Shown here one piece after another: positions 1-14,730 of a stretch of DNA of 64,000 bases (position 1 is its first letter; each line of letters begins with the position of its first letter). Under the pieces are notes generated by a model, which was given only the letters and a program-made list of their open reading frames with translations, made no database searches and was not told the DNA's origin. This DNA comes from Octopus vulgaris (taxonomy: Eukaryota). The stretch lies in contig OX597835.1 of NCBI GenBank assembly GCA_951406725.2, positions 46,562,001 through 46,626,000 on the forward strand, read 5' to 3'. The translations under genes were made by a program, and so were the position numbers.

Positions 1-86
1 GCCAATAAAAACACACGCACTATATATTTGGTGTTACTTTGCTTCAGTGTTATTTATTTTTTACATTAATCTTAATCTTACTTCGG

Positions 87-126
87 CCAGAGTTCTTTCG
101 TCACACTCCTGTGACCGCATCAGTGG
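87..126 (-). ncRNA. Hammerhead-ribozyme-like motif (variant core)
   Basis: Minus strand: cca CUGAUGC G GUCACA-ggag-UGUGAC GAAAG aa CUC ugg. A9 is replaced by C. Same repeat family as 1305-1348 and 47755-47799. Confidence 0.5.
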
Positions 127-148
127 TCCTTTGCTTTCTTCTTTCTTA

Positions 149-200
<52 letters not shown>

Positions 201-222
201 TATATATATATATATATATATA

Positions 223-625
223 GGCGCGGGAGTGACAGTGTGGCAAGAAGCTTGCTTACCAACCACATGGTTCCAGGTTCAGTCCCACTGCGTAGCACCT
301 TGGGCAAGTGCCTTCTACTGTAGCCTCGGGCCGACCAAAGCATTGTAAGTGGATTTGGTAGACAGAAACCTAAATAAGCCCGTCGTATATGTGTATGTGT
401 GTGAGTGTGTGTATGCGCGCGCGTGTATGTGTGTGTATATATGTATTTGTGCGTCAGTGTTTTTCCCCCACCATACCATGACAACCGATATTGGTGTGTT
501 TACGTCCCTGTAACGTAACGGTTCGGCAAAAGAGATCGATAGAATTAGTACTAGGCTTACAAAGAATAAGTCCTAGGCTCGATTTGTTCGACTAAAGGTG
601 AACTGAAACAAGTAAAAGTATAAAA

Positions 626-627
<2 letters not shown>
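223..627 (+). mobile_element. tRNA-derived SINE, family A (internal microsatellite)
   Basis: A-box-like GTGTGG and B-box GGTTCAGTCCC, with a conserved body. Other copies at 16741, 42380, 53436, 57183, 59643 (+) and 62580 (-). Confidence 0.85.
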
Positions 628-659
<32 letters not shown>

Positions 660-662
660 ATA

Positions 663-750
663 TATATTACATTACTACTCGGTAGTCAAGATAAAACTCT
701 GAGTTTCAGATGCCGAAGTGGAAATCTTGACTACCGAGTAATGTAACATA
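663..750. repeat. Hairpin-forming inverted repeat inserted in (TA)n
   Basis: ttacattact..cggtagtcaagat / atcttgactaccgagtaatgtaa; the element (about 660-830) is flanked by (TA)n on both sides. Confidence 0.7.
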
Positions 751-826
751 TTATTGTATAGATAAATTTCCTCTATTTACATAATATTGAGGTCTCTTTC
801 TTTCTTTTGTTATCTTACCGTTTTAT

Positions 827-894
<68 letters not shown>

Positions 895-1304
895 ATATTA
901 TTGTTTATAATATTACCAGTGGCTTAGCATGCGCAAAAAATCCATAGCAGTAAAAACATCGGTGAAAAACTGTAAAAAATTAATCAATTAATAATTAAGG
1001 GTGCTAACAAGCAGTACCGGTAGCAGTCAAAATGATCAAACCACAAATTTCCACTTGAACGAAAACACATACACAAGCACACACATACACACTCACTCAC
1101 ACACACACATACGCACACATACACATATATATACACAAGTTTAAGAACTTTTTATTCAAGGAATTCTGATGCGACTTCGTGTGTTGAAACAGAATTTGTA
1201 ATATTTCGAGTGGGTCATTTTTTTCTTGCCAAATAAACACACGCACTATATATTCGTTTTTCACTTACTTATTTCATTTATTTATTATTGTTCTTATTTA
1301 AATT

Positions 1305-1348
1305 GCCTGAAAATCTTTCGTCACACACTTGTGACCACTTCAGAGACA
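1305..1348 (-). ncRNA. Hammerhead-ribozyme-like motif (degenerate)
   Basis: Minus strand: CUGAAGU G GUCACA-agug-UGUGAC GAAAG auu UUC. Its flank is homologous to positions 1-130. Confidence 0.45.
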
Positions 1349-1374
1349 CTCTATCCCACGTGTCTTCTCTTGTT

Positions 1375-1713
1375 CTGTTTAGTCCATGAGAATCCACTGA
1401 AGTATTATGTATGGGGCGTAGTCGAGAGAAAGATCAATCAAAATCCCAATAACACCATACAATAGCTCTAATACGCCATAACTAACACTCGGTCCGAAAT
1501 TGATAAAGATTATCCGATTCGGACAAGTCAAGGCCTCCGACCTTCTACAAAGGCAGCCATTGATACTAGCAGTGGGTTCATTGGACAGGTGCGATAAAAG
1601 GATTCTCAAGGTTATTTGTACCAATTTGTTCTCAAATGCAGCCTTTTCATTGATGCGTTATGCGTCCTTTTCTAAATTCATACAAATGACCTAAAAAGAA
1701 CTGACGCACCCTC
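1375..1713 (+). mobile_element. Tc1/mariner-type transposase 3' remnant
   Basis: NPLKYYVWGVVERKIN resembles the SPDLNPLDYYVWG motif; ends in a TIR-like gcaccct. Confidence 0.6.
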
Positions 1714-1717
1714 AATG

Positions 1718-1764
<47 letters not shown>

Positions 1765-1924
1765 CATTGTGCATAAGAGTACATGCATGTCTGTGCGCAC
1801 GAATGTCAATTTGTTTAGTGTATACGTGTGTATGCATGTGTGTGTGATTTTGTGCAAGGGTACAAGCGTGCATGTCTATCTGTTTATATGTATATGTATG
1901 TATATATATATATATGTGTGTGTG

Positions 1925-2720
1925 TGTATGTATGTATGTATGTATGTATGTATGTATGTATGTATGTATGTATGTATGTATGTATGTATGTATGTATGTA
2001 TGTATGTATTTATGTATGTATGTATGTATGTATGTGTGTGTGTGTAGGTATGTATGTATGTATGTATGTATGCATGTATGTATGTATGTATGTATGTATG
2101 TATGTATGTATGTATGTATGTATGTATGTATGTATGTATGTATGTATGTATGTATGTATGTATGTATGTATGTATTTATGTATGTATGTATGTATGTATG
2201 TATGTACGTATGTATTTATGTATGTATGTATGTATGTATGTATGCATGTATGTATGTATGTACGTATGTATTTATGTATGTACGTATGTATGTATGTATG
2301 TATGTATGTACGTATGTATTTATGTATGTATGTATGTATGTATGTATTTATGTATGTATGTATGTATGTATGTATGTATGTATGTATTTATGTACGTATG
2401 CATGTATGTATGTATGTATGTATGTATGCATGTATGTATGTATGTACGTATGTATTTATGTATGTATGTATGTATGTATTTATGTACGTATGCATGTATG
2501 TATGTATGTATGTATGTATGCATGTATGTATGTATGTACGTATGTATTTATGTATGTATGTATGTATGTATGTATGTATGTATGTATGTATGTGTGTGTG
2601 TGTGTAGGTATGTATGTATTTATGTATGTACGTATGTATGTATGTATGTATGTTTGTATGTATGTATGTATGCATGTATGTATGTATGTATGTATGTGTG
2701 TGTGTGTGTAGGTATGTATG
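1925..2720. repeat. Long imperfect (TATG)n microsatellite
   Basis: Direct inspection; recurring TTTA, TACG and CATG variant units. Confidence 0.95.
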
Positions 2721-3381
2721 CATCCGTGCATATGTGCATGTATGTTTCCTCTAACTGTGTGTGAGTGTGTTATTGTGTGTAGGAATACATATGTACGTTA
2801 CATCTGTGTAAATGCATGTACGCGCGAGTGCGTTTTGTGTGTGTGCGTGTGTGAGCGCGTGCGTGCGTGTGTGTGCGCGTGCGTGCGTGCGTGCGTGTGT
2901 GTGCGTATGTGCACGTGCGCGTGTGTATGCCATTGTATATAAGAGTGCATGCGTACGTGTCTGTGTATCTGCAGGAGCGCGTGTGTGCATATACGTGTAT
3001 GTATGTACATGTCTACCATTATACATGTTCAGTAAAAAAAAAACCAAAAAACAAAAAACCACAAAGGGGAAAAAGAAAGCTGTCAGACAACTCCCGGATT
3101 TCCTTAATTTCTGTTGTTGATTAATTATTCAACTCGGCATTGATGATATAATTGAAAATTATGCATCAACTCCGCCTCTAAACACCTCACACCCATACCC
3201 ACGAGTCACCCCGATTAGAAAGTCATCCGGAAATTATATATGTCTGTGTGTGTGTGTGTGTATACATATAACGTAAACATATGTGTGTGTATGTTTACGT
3301 TATATGTATATATATATAACAATACATATTCATATACATACATATTTATATACATATATAAATATATACATATATATATAT

Positions 3382-3426
<45 letters not shown>

Positions 3427-3459
3427 CATACATACATACATACATACATACATACATAC

Positions 3460-3542
<83 letters not shown>

Positions 3543-3998
3543 GTATATACATACATATATGCTGAAACGCGTTTATGTTATATAGAGCATTGAATCCCCT
3601 ACCTGCTTATATGGTGGGGTGGGACGTGTCAGTGAGTGTATGTGTCAGTGTATCCATCCGCATCAATACCCAGAGATGTATGCGGCAAAACTTGTTCATT
3701 AATATCTTACGCATACACTAAGCTACCCTCGACCTGCTAGAAATAATAGCTAATAATAATCACACCCTTATTGTCTAATAAAAAATTCGTTTTTGATTTG
3801 GACACAAAACGTGCAGTTTAGAGGAGAAGGGATCATTCGATACCACAGAGCCCAGTACATAACTGGTATTCTATTTTATCGACCTCCGAAGACATGAAAG
3901 GCAAAAGTGACTTCGGTAGAACTTGAACTCAAAATGGAAAGAGCTGGAACAAATATTGCAAAGCATTTTTTTCCGAGTCCTTAACGGTTCTGCTAGAT

Positions 3999-4295
3999 CA
4001 GCGCTGCTTAAACTATGGGTCGCGACCCCAAATGGAGACACGAAGCGAAATGCTGGGGTCACAAAAATTAAATTCAAACATTTGAATTCCAGTTTATATG
4101 TTATTCCACAAATCTTAAAACTACTTTTATTTTGACGAAGAATATAACTACTTTTTTACATGAATATTATTCAGCAAAAAAATATATGGTTTCTGTATTT
4201 ATTTGTAGGTTGTATTTCATATTTGATACCTGGGGTCGCGAAAGATCTTGTGATGAAAACCGGGGTTATGAATGAAAACAGTTTAAGAAGTGCTG
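3999..4295. mobile_element. Non-autonomous hAT (Charlie-like) MITE
   Basis: 16-bp TIRs cagcgctgcttaaact / agtttaagaagtgctg and a perfect 8-bp TSD TGCTAGAT (3991-3998 and 4296-4303). Confidence 0.85.
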
Positions 4296-4413
4296 TGCTA
4301 GATTACCAGTGAATTAATGGTTAATGTGGTCCTGTAAATAATAAGTTCTATTCACGTGGGAAGAAATCGGGAATGTCACGGTTGGAAAACGCGTTTTGAT
4401 TATAGGTTTGTCA

Positions 4414-4628
4414 AGGCGGTGAGCTGGCAGAATTATTAACACGCCGGCAAAATACTTAGTGGTATTTCTCCGCATTTACACTTTGGAATTCATCGTTTGC
4501 CGAGTTCAAATTCCGTCGACGTCGATTTTGCCTTTCACCCTTTCGAGGTCGATAATATGAATGCTGATTGAACACTGGGATCGATGTAATCGGTTTATCC
4601 TCTCGCCCGAAATTTCAGGTCTTGTGCC
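4414..4628 (+). mobile_element. tRNA-derived SINE, family B
   Basis: ggcggtgagctggcagaa head, gagttcaaattcc B box, conserved gcctttca...gtcgat core. Confidence 0.8.
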
Positions 4629-4765
4629 ATGTTGGGACCAGACACGAGACTGAAGAGACCGGAAGGAATTAGTTGCTCTCTGCAACCTGAAAGATATTTC
4701 CTCATCCAGGGAGCAAGAACGGCTGAGAGTGCTGCCCAGGTTAGTCGACTCAGTGGAACTGGGGT
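4628..4765 (-). mobile_element. RTE-clade LINE fragment
   Basis: NLGSTLSRSCSLDEEISFRLQRATNSFRSLQSRVWSQH matches the YLGS..DEEI..R..A..F.RL...VW region after the RTE reverse-transcriptase core. Confidence 0.75.
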
Positions 4766-4933
4766 AAGCAAAAGCAACAGCAGTGAGAATATGACGGATG
4801 ACCAAGGTTGTAACGTCTTGGTTGTCAATAGCGTCGATAAAAAAAACTAAAAAAGAATAACCCTTTATTCGGTAGGTTGAGAATATCTAGTGGATGGAAG
4901 CGCTGTTTCGAGTTGAGATGGTGCACTCTAGAT

Positions 4934-5428
4934 AAACGGTCACCAAACTACGGCCCGTGTGGTCAGTTCATCCGGCCCACCACTGAACTCTACCTTTTGT
5001 GTAAGAAGCTGCAATGAGAGTTCGTTTACCTCTGCTATGGCATCAGTATTTGGAACAGCTTATGTCTGTGAGCAAACATTTTCAATAATGAAGAATGTGA
5101 AGTCGGCACATCGAACAAGGTTCACTGATGAACATGTGAAAGCAATTCTCTGGGCTGGATGCAGCAATTCCAAAGCAAATATTGGTGACATCTTCAAAAG
5201 CTAAACACCAGTTTCACAAATCTCACTAACCTCTTTAGGTTGCTTGGTTTGTGAGATTCGGATATGTGTGCAATGGGTCTGATAAAACTATCTTATTGCT
5301 AACTTCGCCTTCTTTAATAAGTTTTGATAAATGAATATGTTGGTTGTCTTTTATTTTTTGTGTATTCACTGTACTGCATTAAACAAAATGGCTATGCGGC
5401 CTGCCGTGAAAAAGTTTGGTGACCCCTG
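4934..5428 (+). mobile_element. Internally deleted hAT (Charlie/SPIN-like) transposon
   Basis: TIR ggtcaccaaact / agtttggtgacccctg; 8-bp TSD ctctagat / ctcttgat; encodes the hAT dimerisation motif SVFGTAYVCEQTFSIMKNVKSAHRTRFTDEH. Confidence 0.88.
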
Positions 5429-6189
5429 CTCTTGATGAAGAGGTAATGTTTTTAGAACCCCAGGATGGCTGGACGAAGGGCATTGGACGCAGCTAGCACG
5501 TATGAAGGTGATTTGAGAGTCGCTGATAATTCTTGCATTAACAGATATATAGTCGTCGTTGTTATTGTTGTTGTTGTTGTGGTTCTTCTTCTTCTTCTTC
5601 TTCTTCTTCTTCTTCTTCTTCTTCTTCTTCTTCTTCTTCTTCTTCTCCTTCTTCTCCTTCTTCTCCTTCTTCTTCTTGTCATCATTAGTGTTGCTGTGAC
5701 TTAGCGGAATCGTTAGCGCGTCGGACAAAATTCTTAGCAACATTTCTTCCGGCTCCTTCAGTTCTGAGAACAAATTTCTCCGAGTTGACTTCATCCTTCC
5801 TGACACATACACTCAATGACACGAATCCCCACCACCACCCCACCACATAAGCAGGTATGGGATTCAATGCTCTATATAACATAAACGCGTATCGGTAAAA
5901 AACCTATGTATGTATGTATGTATGTATGTATGTATGTATGTATGTATGTATGTATGTATGTCTGTGTGTATATATATATGTATATAAATATGTATGTATA
6001 TATGTATGTATATATTTGTATATATATGTATATATATATGTATATACATATATATATAAGAATATGGTTACGTTATATGTATACATACATACATACATAA
6101 AGGGGTCAATAAAATAAGTACCATTTGAATGCTGGAGTCGATGCAAATGGCTTTTCCCCTTCCCCGAAATTACAGGCCTTGTACCAAAC

Positions 6190-6251
<62 letters not shown>

Positions 6252-6329
6252 GCGAGAGCAGGGCAGTACATGCCATCAAGGTGACACTGGGGTAAAATAT
6301 ATGAAACCCAGTATACTCATCATGACTAC

Positions 6330-8770
6330 GAGTCAGAGTGTGATGCATAAATGTTCGCGGCTTGTGGTCAGCCTAGAAGCAAGGTCGCTTGCTCAAAGAC
6401 CTCAGATCGCTAGGTTTGGATGTGATAGCAGCTGGTGAGACCAGGATTTCCGACACACGCGATCTTGCACCCATTTTCAAAGATGAGATCTACGCCTCTC
6501 TTAGTTGGCCCAGAATGGGAAGCGAGTGGAAGAGCTGTTTAGGAAAAGCCTGGATCTCGAAATTCGGACGATCTTCCTGGAGCCGGAGGGTAAGTTGGTG
6601 GTCCTGGGCGTGAGTGACAGTCAAGGTTGTACCTTTAAACTAGTTGCCTTTTACGCCCTCCATGGGGGCGGAGCAGCCAGATTTCTTCTGGCGTTTAGAG
6701 ATTTTCCTTGGGACATCACGCTCTTTAATGTTAATGAATGACTGGAACACCATCTTGGACGCACGCCTAGATAGGGTGGGGCTAGCTGATAGGGGAGTGG
6801 GGAGTAAAAACTTCACAATCCTTCGCAACTGCTTCCAGTTGGCTAACAGGTACCGACTGGATTTCCCGAATGCGCCAATGTGGACATGAGTGAACTGCAT
6901 CGTCGAGATTTATGTAGGTAGATTATGTTGTAGATAGAAGTAGTATAAATTGTACACGTTTTAAAGTCGTCGGTTACACGAACCATAAATTTGTGATCTG
7001 TACGGTCGACACAGACAGGATCCATAGACAGGACCCCGGATACAGGAAGCTGAACGCATCCTTCCCGTCGCACCAAGCTTTCGGAGACCAGGTTAGCAAG
7101 TTAGTCAATCGAGGGTTGGTTGGCGCAATCGTCAACAGCTGTTGATGGATGGTCCTGAAAAGGGCTATTAGAAAAGAGGCGGTAGGTTTTAGGAAGAAAA
7201 TAGCACTAGATGAATCTAGGATAGAAAGAGACCTAGTTAGGAAGCTAGAAGAGGCGCTTAGGAAAGGCATAGCGACCGACGTGCTGGCAGCAAGATTGGT
7301 CCTTGATCAATTCTTCAATGTCAAGCACGGAGGGTGCCTTGTCAGAGATAAGACGCGTGCAGTGAGACGTGAGTGGACGAAAGCTGTTCAATGGTCCCGA
7401 GTGTCAGAAGCGCGTCGTGGAAACAAAGCAACAATTGGGTCTTTGGTGAGGTGGCATACCGCATCTCTCAGCCAAGAATGCAGAGTTCTGCGAAATACCG
7501 ATAACAGCCGAAGATATACGGGACGTGATAAAGTTTTGCGCAAGAGAGAAGTCTCCGGGACGGGATGATCTGCCCTTTCAGCTTTATTTTCATATGCCAG
7601 ACTTGTTCGACGGTCTTCTAACAGACGTCTATCACAACTGGCAGCAGATCGAGGGAATTTCCAGTGCTTTGAGCCGTGGAGTGGTGGTGCTGTTGAAGAA
7701 AGACCCGAACAATGGGGACAAAATTGATAATTTCAGGCCCTAACTCTGCTGGATGCAGATTACAAGATTTTGGCCAGGGTATTAGCCAAGAAATTGGCGC
7801 TTGTCGTTCATAAGCTGGTTGATGACACTCAGACATGCGCTATTCCAAACATCTATCCCCGACAACCTCCACCTCACGCGCTACATCGTAGAGAGGGTGG
7901 GTAAGGAACCTGGTGTGGGTGGGGCCCTAATCAATTTGGATCAGTTGAAAGCTTTTGATAGGGTCAACCACAAATGCATGGAGACTGTTCTCGCAGCAGC
8001 GGGTTTCGGTCCCGTTTCAGAGGCTGTATCGCTGCAATGTACAGACATCTGTTCGGTGGTCAAAGTAAATGGCCACCTATCGGAATCGTTTAGCATCGCT
8101 CGTTCGGTCCATCAAGGATGCTGACTCTCGCCTCTTCTGTACGTACTGGATCTCGGGCCATTGCTGCGGAGGCTGGATGTTTCGATGGGCATCCCGCGTG
8201 ATATAGGATGCGGAAGGTTCGTGTCGGCTTACCCAAACGACATCACCGTAATAGTATCAGACATCTCGGAAATCGAGATAGCCGGCACTGCTCTAAGGGT
8301 ATACGAAGCGGAGACAGGGGCAAAGATCACGCAGGAGAAGTTGGTGGTCCTGCAGCTCGGCACCTGGAGAGGCAGGTCTATGCGAACTGACAGCGTTGTA
8401 GGTCACTGGACAGAAGGACCGGTTAAATTGCTCAGGGTCTGGTTTGGTCCAGACCTCCAGGTGGACAAGAACTGATGGTGGAACTGGTAGCTAATCTTAC
8501 CCAGAAATGGGCAGAGAGGAAGCTGTCCCTGAAGGATCGGGCGGAAGTGCCGAATGCGTACATCGCTTCCGTCATCTACTACCGCCCGACAGTCGTCCCT
8601 TGCCCTACTTCGTCCCTGATAAAGTTGGAGCGCTTGCTCTTCCACTTTCTATGAAAGGGACGTGTTCTGCTCGTCAGACGGTTCACCTACTGCGTGGAGG
8701 ACTGGGCATGACGTGGCTAATGATGCGCAGAGTGCGCTGAGGCTGGAACATCTCCAGCGTTTCTGCAGGT
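6330..8770 (+). mobile_element. Degenerate L1/Tx1-type LINE ORF2 (AP endonuclease plus reverse transcriptase)
   Basis: Endonuclease: LDVIAAGETR, MNDWNTILD. RT: KSPGRDDLP, DNFRP, LDQLKAFDRVNH, SVHQGC*LSP, SAYPND (decayed YADD), KLLRVWFG. Many stops and frameshifts. Confidence 0.92.
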
Positions 8771-9993
8771 GAGATGTTTAGATCGACATTATATAATGTA
8801 TCATTGGCGATTCTGCTGCTATTTCCAGTAAGTTGAGCGACCACTTTGGAGGTTCTTTTCACTACAAGCCACCCCTAATTCAGCAGATTTTTATTAAAAG
8901 CTTCGTCCTGTAGCCATAGCATCCTTCGATGCGTCAGCGGCTACATCATCGAGTGCATTTTTTCAAACATTAGGTATGGATTTGTGTGAAAATTTTGACT
9001 GTTATTTCTAGCATATCAAGTGACCACGATGATACTGTCTCGTTTGCTTGTTTTTGTGGTGATTTAAACACAGGACAAGCTTCGTCATACTGGGCAGATC
9101 AAAGACATTCCCGCCATGACCAAAACATTTTTCAATTACATTATTCAATACAACATTTATTATTAAAATTCTAAAATAGGATTTGTGAGAACATTTGGCT
9201 GCTATTTCTTATTGTTTGTGTAAGCCAGAAGAACCCTCATTTTGGCTCGACAAAACTTTGTATAGAATGAAACAACGAAGGAAGGATTAGATGTTTCACT
9301 CTATTAATTTCTTCGGTACAAGACATCATGGCCAGACTGCAATGCATTTAATATGTGCAGTTGAGTGCTACTTTATAACTTTTCTTCGTCTTTTAGTCAA
9401 GAGGAAAGAGCCCTTTACAGATCTCATGGCCCTTTACAGTGTCTCCAAGAATAGTAGAAGAGAAGTTTCCTGAAATCTGAAACATGACTGGATAACTTGC
9501 AAATGAGTGGATTCTGCAAAAGCTTCCAAACAGCCAAAGTACGAGGCGATGGTGTTAAAGTGGGTGACGGATTAAGTCTAACAGCCAAGTAGGTCGTAGC
9601 CGGATTTGAACTCTCAATGCTGTGTGCCGCAATACGGCAGAGCTTTTCATCCGATGTCCTAACACCGCTTTCAAGTCATTACCACAATGAAAACTACATC
9701 CATACTTACAAACGTGCGTGCGTGCGTGATTGCGTGCGTGTGTGGTACGCACATACGTACGTGCGTGCGTGCCTGCTTGCGAGCGTGCGTGCCTGCTTGC
9801 GAGCGTGCGTGCGTGCCTGCTTGCGAGCGTGCGTGCGTGCGCGTATGCATGCATGCATACATACATAAATACTTACATACATACATACATACATGCATGC
9901 ATGCATGCATGCATGCATACATACATACATACATACATACATACATACATGCATGCATGCATGCATACATACATACATACATACATACATACA

Positions 9994-10024
<31 letters not shown>

Positions 10025-11404
10025 GTCATTTTTATACGTTATTTTATGAAAAACAAGACATTTTTGACAGAAAATATGTAATCATTCCAAAACATATGTT
10101 AAAATGCACAATTTTTCAACAACTTGTAGGTCGTCGTGCAAAGCCAGTAAACACACTCAAGTCCCTTTGGTTACTTTTCCCTGTTAGATCCTTGCTAGAT
10201 AACTTATATTCCACAAGTGTCGGATATGACGCCCATCACTGAACATGCCATTGTGACATTGTTGCAAATCAATATCGGAGAAGTTTTGAAATATCGGACA
10301 TACACATTAAAATACAGGATGGTCGGCAAATCTAGATGTGCTGCACGCAATAGCCATTTGTGTTGGAATCCTTCTTAGGGAATCCTTCTTAGGGAATCCT
10401 TCTTCTTAGGGTTTGAATACTTAGGGAATCCTTCCTAACCTTAACTCTCAGACCGTTTTGTGAATTAGTCAAACCTAGACTGCAGGGGAACATGTGGTAC
10501 TTTGTTGTTCCGGCAAAAATTGGTCGGTGTATAAGAGAATTCCATAAGTCCAGTTGCTGTTACGGGTGGGGAATCTAACGTTTCAGACTTTTCCCCTTCA
10601 TCAAAGTGAGAGAGAGTGAGAGGAGGGAGGGAGAGAGAGAGAGAGGAAGGAACTATCTTTGCTTTGGTTACTTGGTACCCTTTCTGAGTGAGACTGCTCA
10701 CATGTAGCAGTTACTACGAACATGAATTTCTAACACATCTCAGACGCTCAAATGATTAACTTGTAACCACGTGCTTCTAATTTGCCAGAAATAGCAGCCG
10801 AATCCCGTAAATTACCGTTGACCGTTTAGGAAAATAGATTGTGTAATCTTCGATAAGCCTAAAAAGACATAACAGTTTCTACAAACATGGATCTCTAAAA
10901 CAACTGAAACCGTTAGAAATTTAATTGTAATCAAGAGCATCTCATCTGCTTGAAATAGCAACCATATCCAGCAAAATACGCCCTACTGTTTTAGGAAAAT
11001 AGATGATGCAGTCTCGGATAAGCTTAAAAAGAAAGAAACAGAATCGAAATACTTTGATCGTAGACCTACTCAACAAGGACTCAGCCGGGACCACTTTTAT
11101 GTGTGAATATATTCTTGTATTTAGAGAGAGAGAGTGGGCATGTTTCTTCCCTGCACCAAAATACATTTGTCATTTATGTTTATACACGTAGCATGTCCAT
11201 GGTATGTATGAAGGGTATGTATGAAGGATATGTTTTGCTTTGACTAAACAGTGGTCGATTCTTTCGACTAAAAATTCAAGGCAGTGTTCCAGCATGGCCG
11301 CAGTCTAATGACTAAAACAAGTAAAAGAGTAAAAGAATGCGTGTTAGCGTGCGTGTGTGTGTCTATGTACACAAGTGATGGTCTGTTCAGTTTATCTCTT
11401 CCAG

Positions 11405-11690
11405 ACTCAAATGTTTTGCTGGTCAACACAACGATCCGATTTGGAGAATTAGACCGCTTGCTTTGTCCTTTATCGGGGACAAAAACACAGCATTTCTTGG
11501 TTTGTATGTAATGGCGTTGAGGAATATTCCTCTGTTTCTATGATAATAGGTACAACTGGAAATAAATGACCAGGAAAGCAGAGCTGTATCTGCATTGCCA
11601 AAATTCAGTGTGGATGGCATAAGGTCTCAGAAGTTTTATGAGACATTACATCCACAAGACAACTGACTTATACAACAGTGAGCGACTGGT
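11405..11690 (+). mobile_element. Possible piggyBac transposase remnant
   Basis: HNDPIWRIRPL resembles D.L.KIRPL and DNRYN resembles DN.Y/F; heavily decayed. Confidence 0.35.
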
Positions 11691-11821
11691 CCCATGGTGG
11701 TGCATGTGAGTGAATGAGTGCGTGTGTGTGTATGAATGTGTATGTGAATGTGGGTATGTATATACATACATCGATATATATGGGTGTATGTGTATTTATG
11801 CGTGTATGGGTAGGTATAAGC

Positions 11822-11869
<48 letters not shown>

Positions 11870-12058
11870 GATATATATATATATAGATGTAGATGAATGA
11901 ATTATCTTATAATGGATAATTCGGTTAACCGATACCTGGGTAGCAAATTCACGTCAGAAAAAGACGGTTGAAGCTACATGCCTAGGGCAGAGATCACGTG
12001 CTATCGTGTGGAAATTTGTGTGTTTTTTTAAATAAAAATGAATGAAAGAATGGAGTTG

Positions 12059-12140
<82 letters not shown>

Positions 12141-12840
12141 GTGTTGTTTTATACATAGATATACATGTATGTATATGTATATCTATATATATGTGTGTGT
12201 GTGCATGCATCTGTGCATGTACGTATACACACACATAATACGTACATATATACATAAATAGCATATATACATATAATATACAAATATATTATATGTATTT
12301 TTATACACATACATATAATACATTTATATAGGTATATGTGCATGCGTGTGTGTATGCGTGTGTGTGTGTGTGTACATAAAGGTGCAAATGCTATAAGAGT
12401 CTGTCACGACCAACGAGAGTTCAACAAGTATCAACATGATCGATGTATACAAACACTACACTGTATCACACTATACACTATAATCGATATATACACACAC
12501 ACACACGTACACACGTACACACACGTACAAACACACACACACACACACACAGCGAACACACAAGCAGAGGCCACAAAATAATCAATGCCCATAAACGCGC
12601 ACACTTCGCCCTATGATCGATACACACCCCACTATACGTGTGATGCTCACACCTACATACATATAAGCATGTGTGAGTATATATATATATATATATACCT
12701 ACATACATACATACATACATATACAGATACATATATACATACATACGTACATACATACATAAATACATACATATATGAAGGAGAGAGAGAGAGAGAGAGA
12801 GAGTAAGCGAGAGGGAGATCATGGGCAATGCAAACATATA

Positions 12841-12873
<33 letters not shown>

Positions 12874-12971
12874 CCCAGAGACATACGCGCACAAACATTA
12901 AGCTACGATCAATATGCAATGACGCACACACACGCTCAGACTTAACTGCATTCATACCTACATATATATAT

Positions 12972-13016
<45 letters not shown>

Positions 13017-13062
13017 TTATATATGCATACATGTACACATCTATATAAATGCATACACACAT

Positions 13063-13124
<62 letters not shown>

Positions 13125-13203
13125 AGGTCCCGGGTTGAGTCGGGGTTAACCACAGTAAATAAGGTACTCAATACATTGCAGAGTAAATTAATTTATTCAT
13201 AAA

Positions 13204-13255
<52 letters not shown>

Positions 13256-13309
13256 TGCTCCAGCATGGCCGCAATCAAATTACTGAAATAGGTAAAAGAA
13301 TATATGTGT

Positions 13310-13644
13310 GTCAGGCCCTCTTCGGTCATGACTGACCATGGGATTGCACCTAGAAAGTTCCCTTCTAAGGCATTAGACCAGGCAAGATTGTTTATGGAAG
13401 ACCAGCAGTCGCCCAAGCATACCAGCCTCCCCTCTCCACGCCACCAGTGTTATCCAAGGGAAAGGCAAAGGGGCCGATACAACTTGGCCCTAGTGATGTC
13501 ACAACTCATTCTTACAGCTGAGTGAACTGATGCAACGTGAAATAAAGTGTCTTGCTCAAGAACACAACACGCAGCCTGGTCCGAGATTCGAACTCATAAT
13601 CTCACGATCGTAAGCTCGACGCTCTAACCACTGAGCCATGCGCC

Positions 13645-13648
<4 letters not shown>
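13310..13648 (-). mobile_element. tRNA-derived SINE, family C
   Basis: Minus-strand head ggcgcatggctcagtggttagagcgtcg...gagttcgaatc. Related copies at 38960-39219 and 51850-52098. Confidence 0.8.
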
Positions 13649-13739
<91 letters not shown>

Positions 13740-14462
13740 CTCGTATATATATATATATACATACACACGCTCAACCACATACATATACATATATAGACTA
13801 CACAACTTTATCATGATCAATATATATATACACACGTATTAGAATAATCAATACTGGAATTCAAATATATTAGTGACATCGATCTGATGTATGTCTTTAA
13901 GCCTATCTCTCTTACAATGTGACGTATATTCTTTGCTACTCGACAGTAAATAAGAACCACAACCGTGCAATTATCAAGAGAGTTCTTTTACAAAGTGTCT
14001 ATACGCCTATCCAGGGAATTTTAAGAGAAGCTTCATAATTGTTTTCTTGCATAGGCCAAAAAAAAAAAAACATACATTTAATGAGAAGCGATAACTTCGA
14101 TCAAACTAACACACAATGCTTGATTGTTTTTTTTTCCTCTACTTTTTTTTTGTTGTCATCCCAAAGGATGAAAGCAAATGTGGTGTTTTATATATTTACT
14201 TTATTTTAGAGCACAAATGTTTAACAATAATGTCAGTGGTTACAGGTTTCCAGTGTACTGTATGTCTGACGACATTGTAACATTCTTGGAGAGGAATCAA
14301 TGAAATTCAGACGGAATAAATATCAATAATATCGCGTTGGATATTTAATTGAAAGCAACACTTAATCACTTTTTGTTTTTTCCTTTCATTTTTTTTGTTT
14401 TCTACTATTTACATCGCTGAAACATACTCAAGCACTCATGCATTCGCACATACATACATACA

Positions 14463-14578
<116 letters not shown>

Positions 14579-14615
14579 TACTTACACATACATACATACA
14601 TACATACACACACAC

Positions 14616-14698
<83 letters not shown>

Positions 14699-14730
14699 TA
14701 CTTACACATACATACATACATGCATACATA

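Noticed and set aside
1163-1196. ctgatgcg...tgaaac hammerhead-like string
   Set aside because: Stem II is only 2-3 bp and no cleavage triplet is in register.
1715-3593. Long ORFs such as MYVCMYVC..., YIYIYI... and HTHTHT... (also at 9.6, 14.4, 32.5, 46 and 52 kb)
   Set aside because: They are translations of (TATG)n, (TA)n and (CA)n microsatellites, which lack stops in several frames; there is no splice or homology support.
6330-8770. Active or domesticated reverse transcriptase
   Set aside because: Multiple frameshifts and stops, and YADD has decayed to YPND; it is a dead copy.
8900-10370. Possible hAT or other transposase scraps at about 8900-9170 and 10030-10370
   Set aside because: Motifs are too degraded to call.
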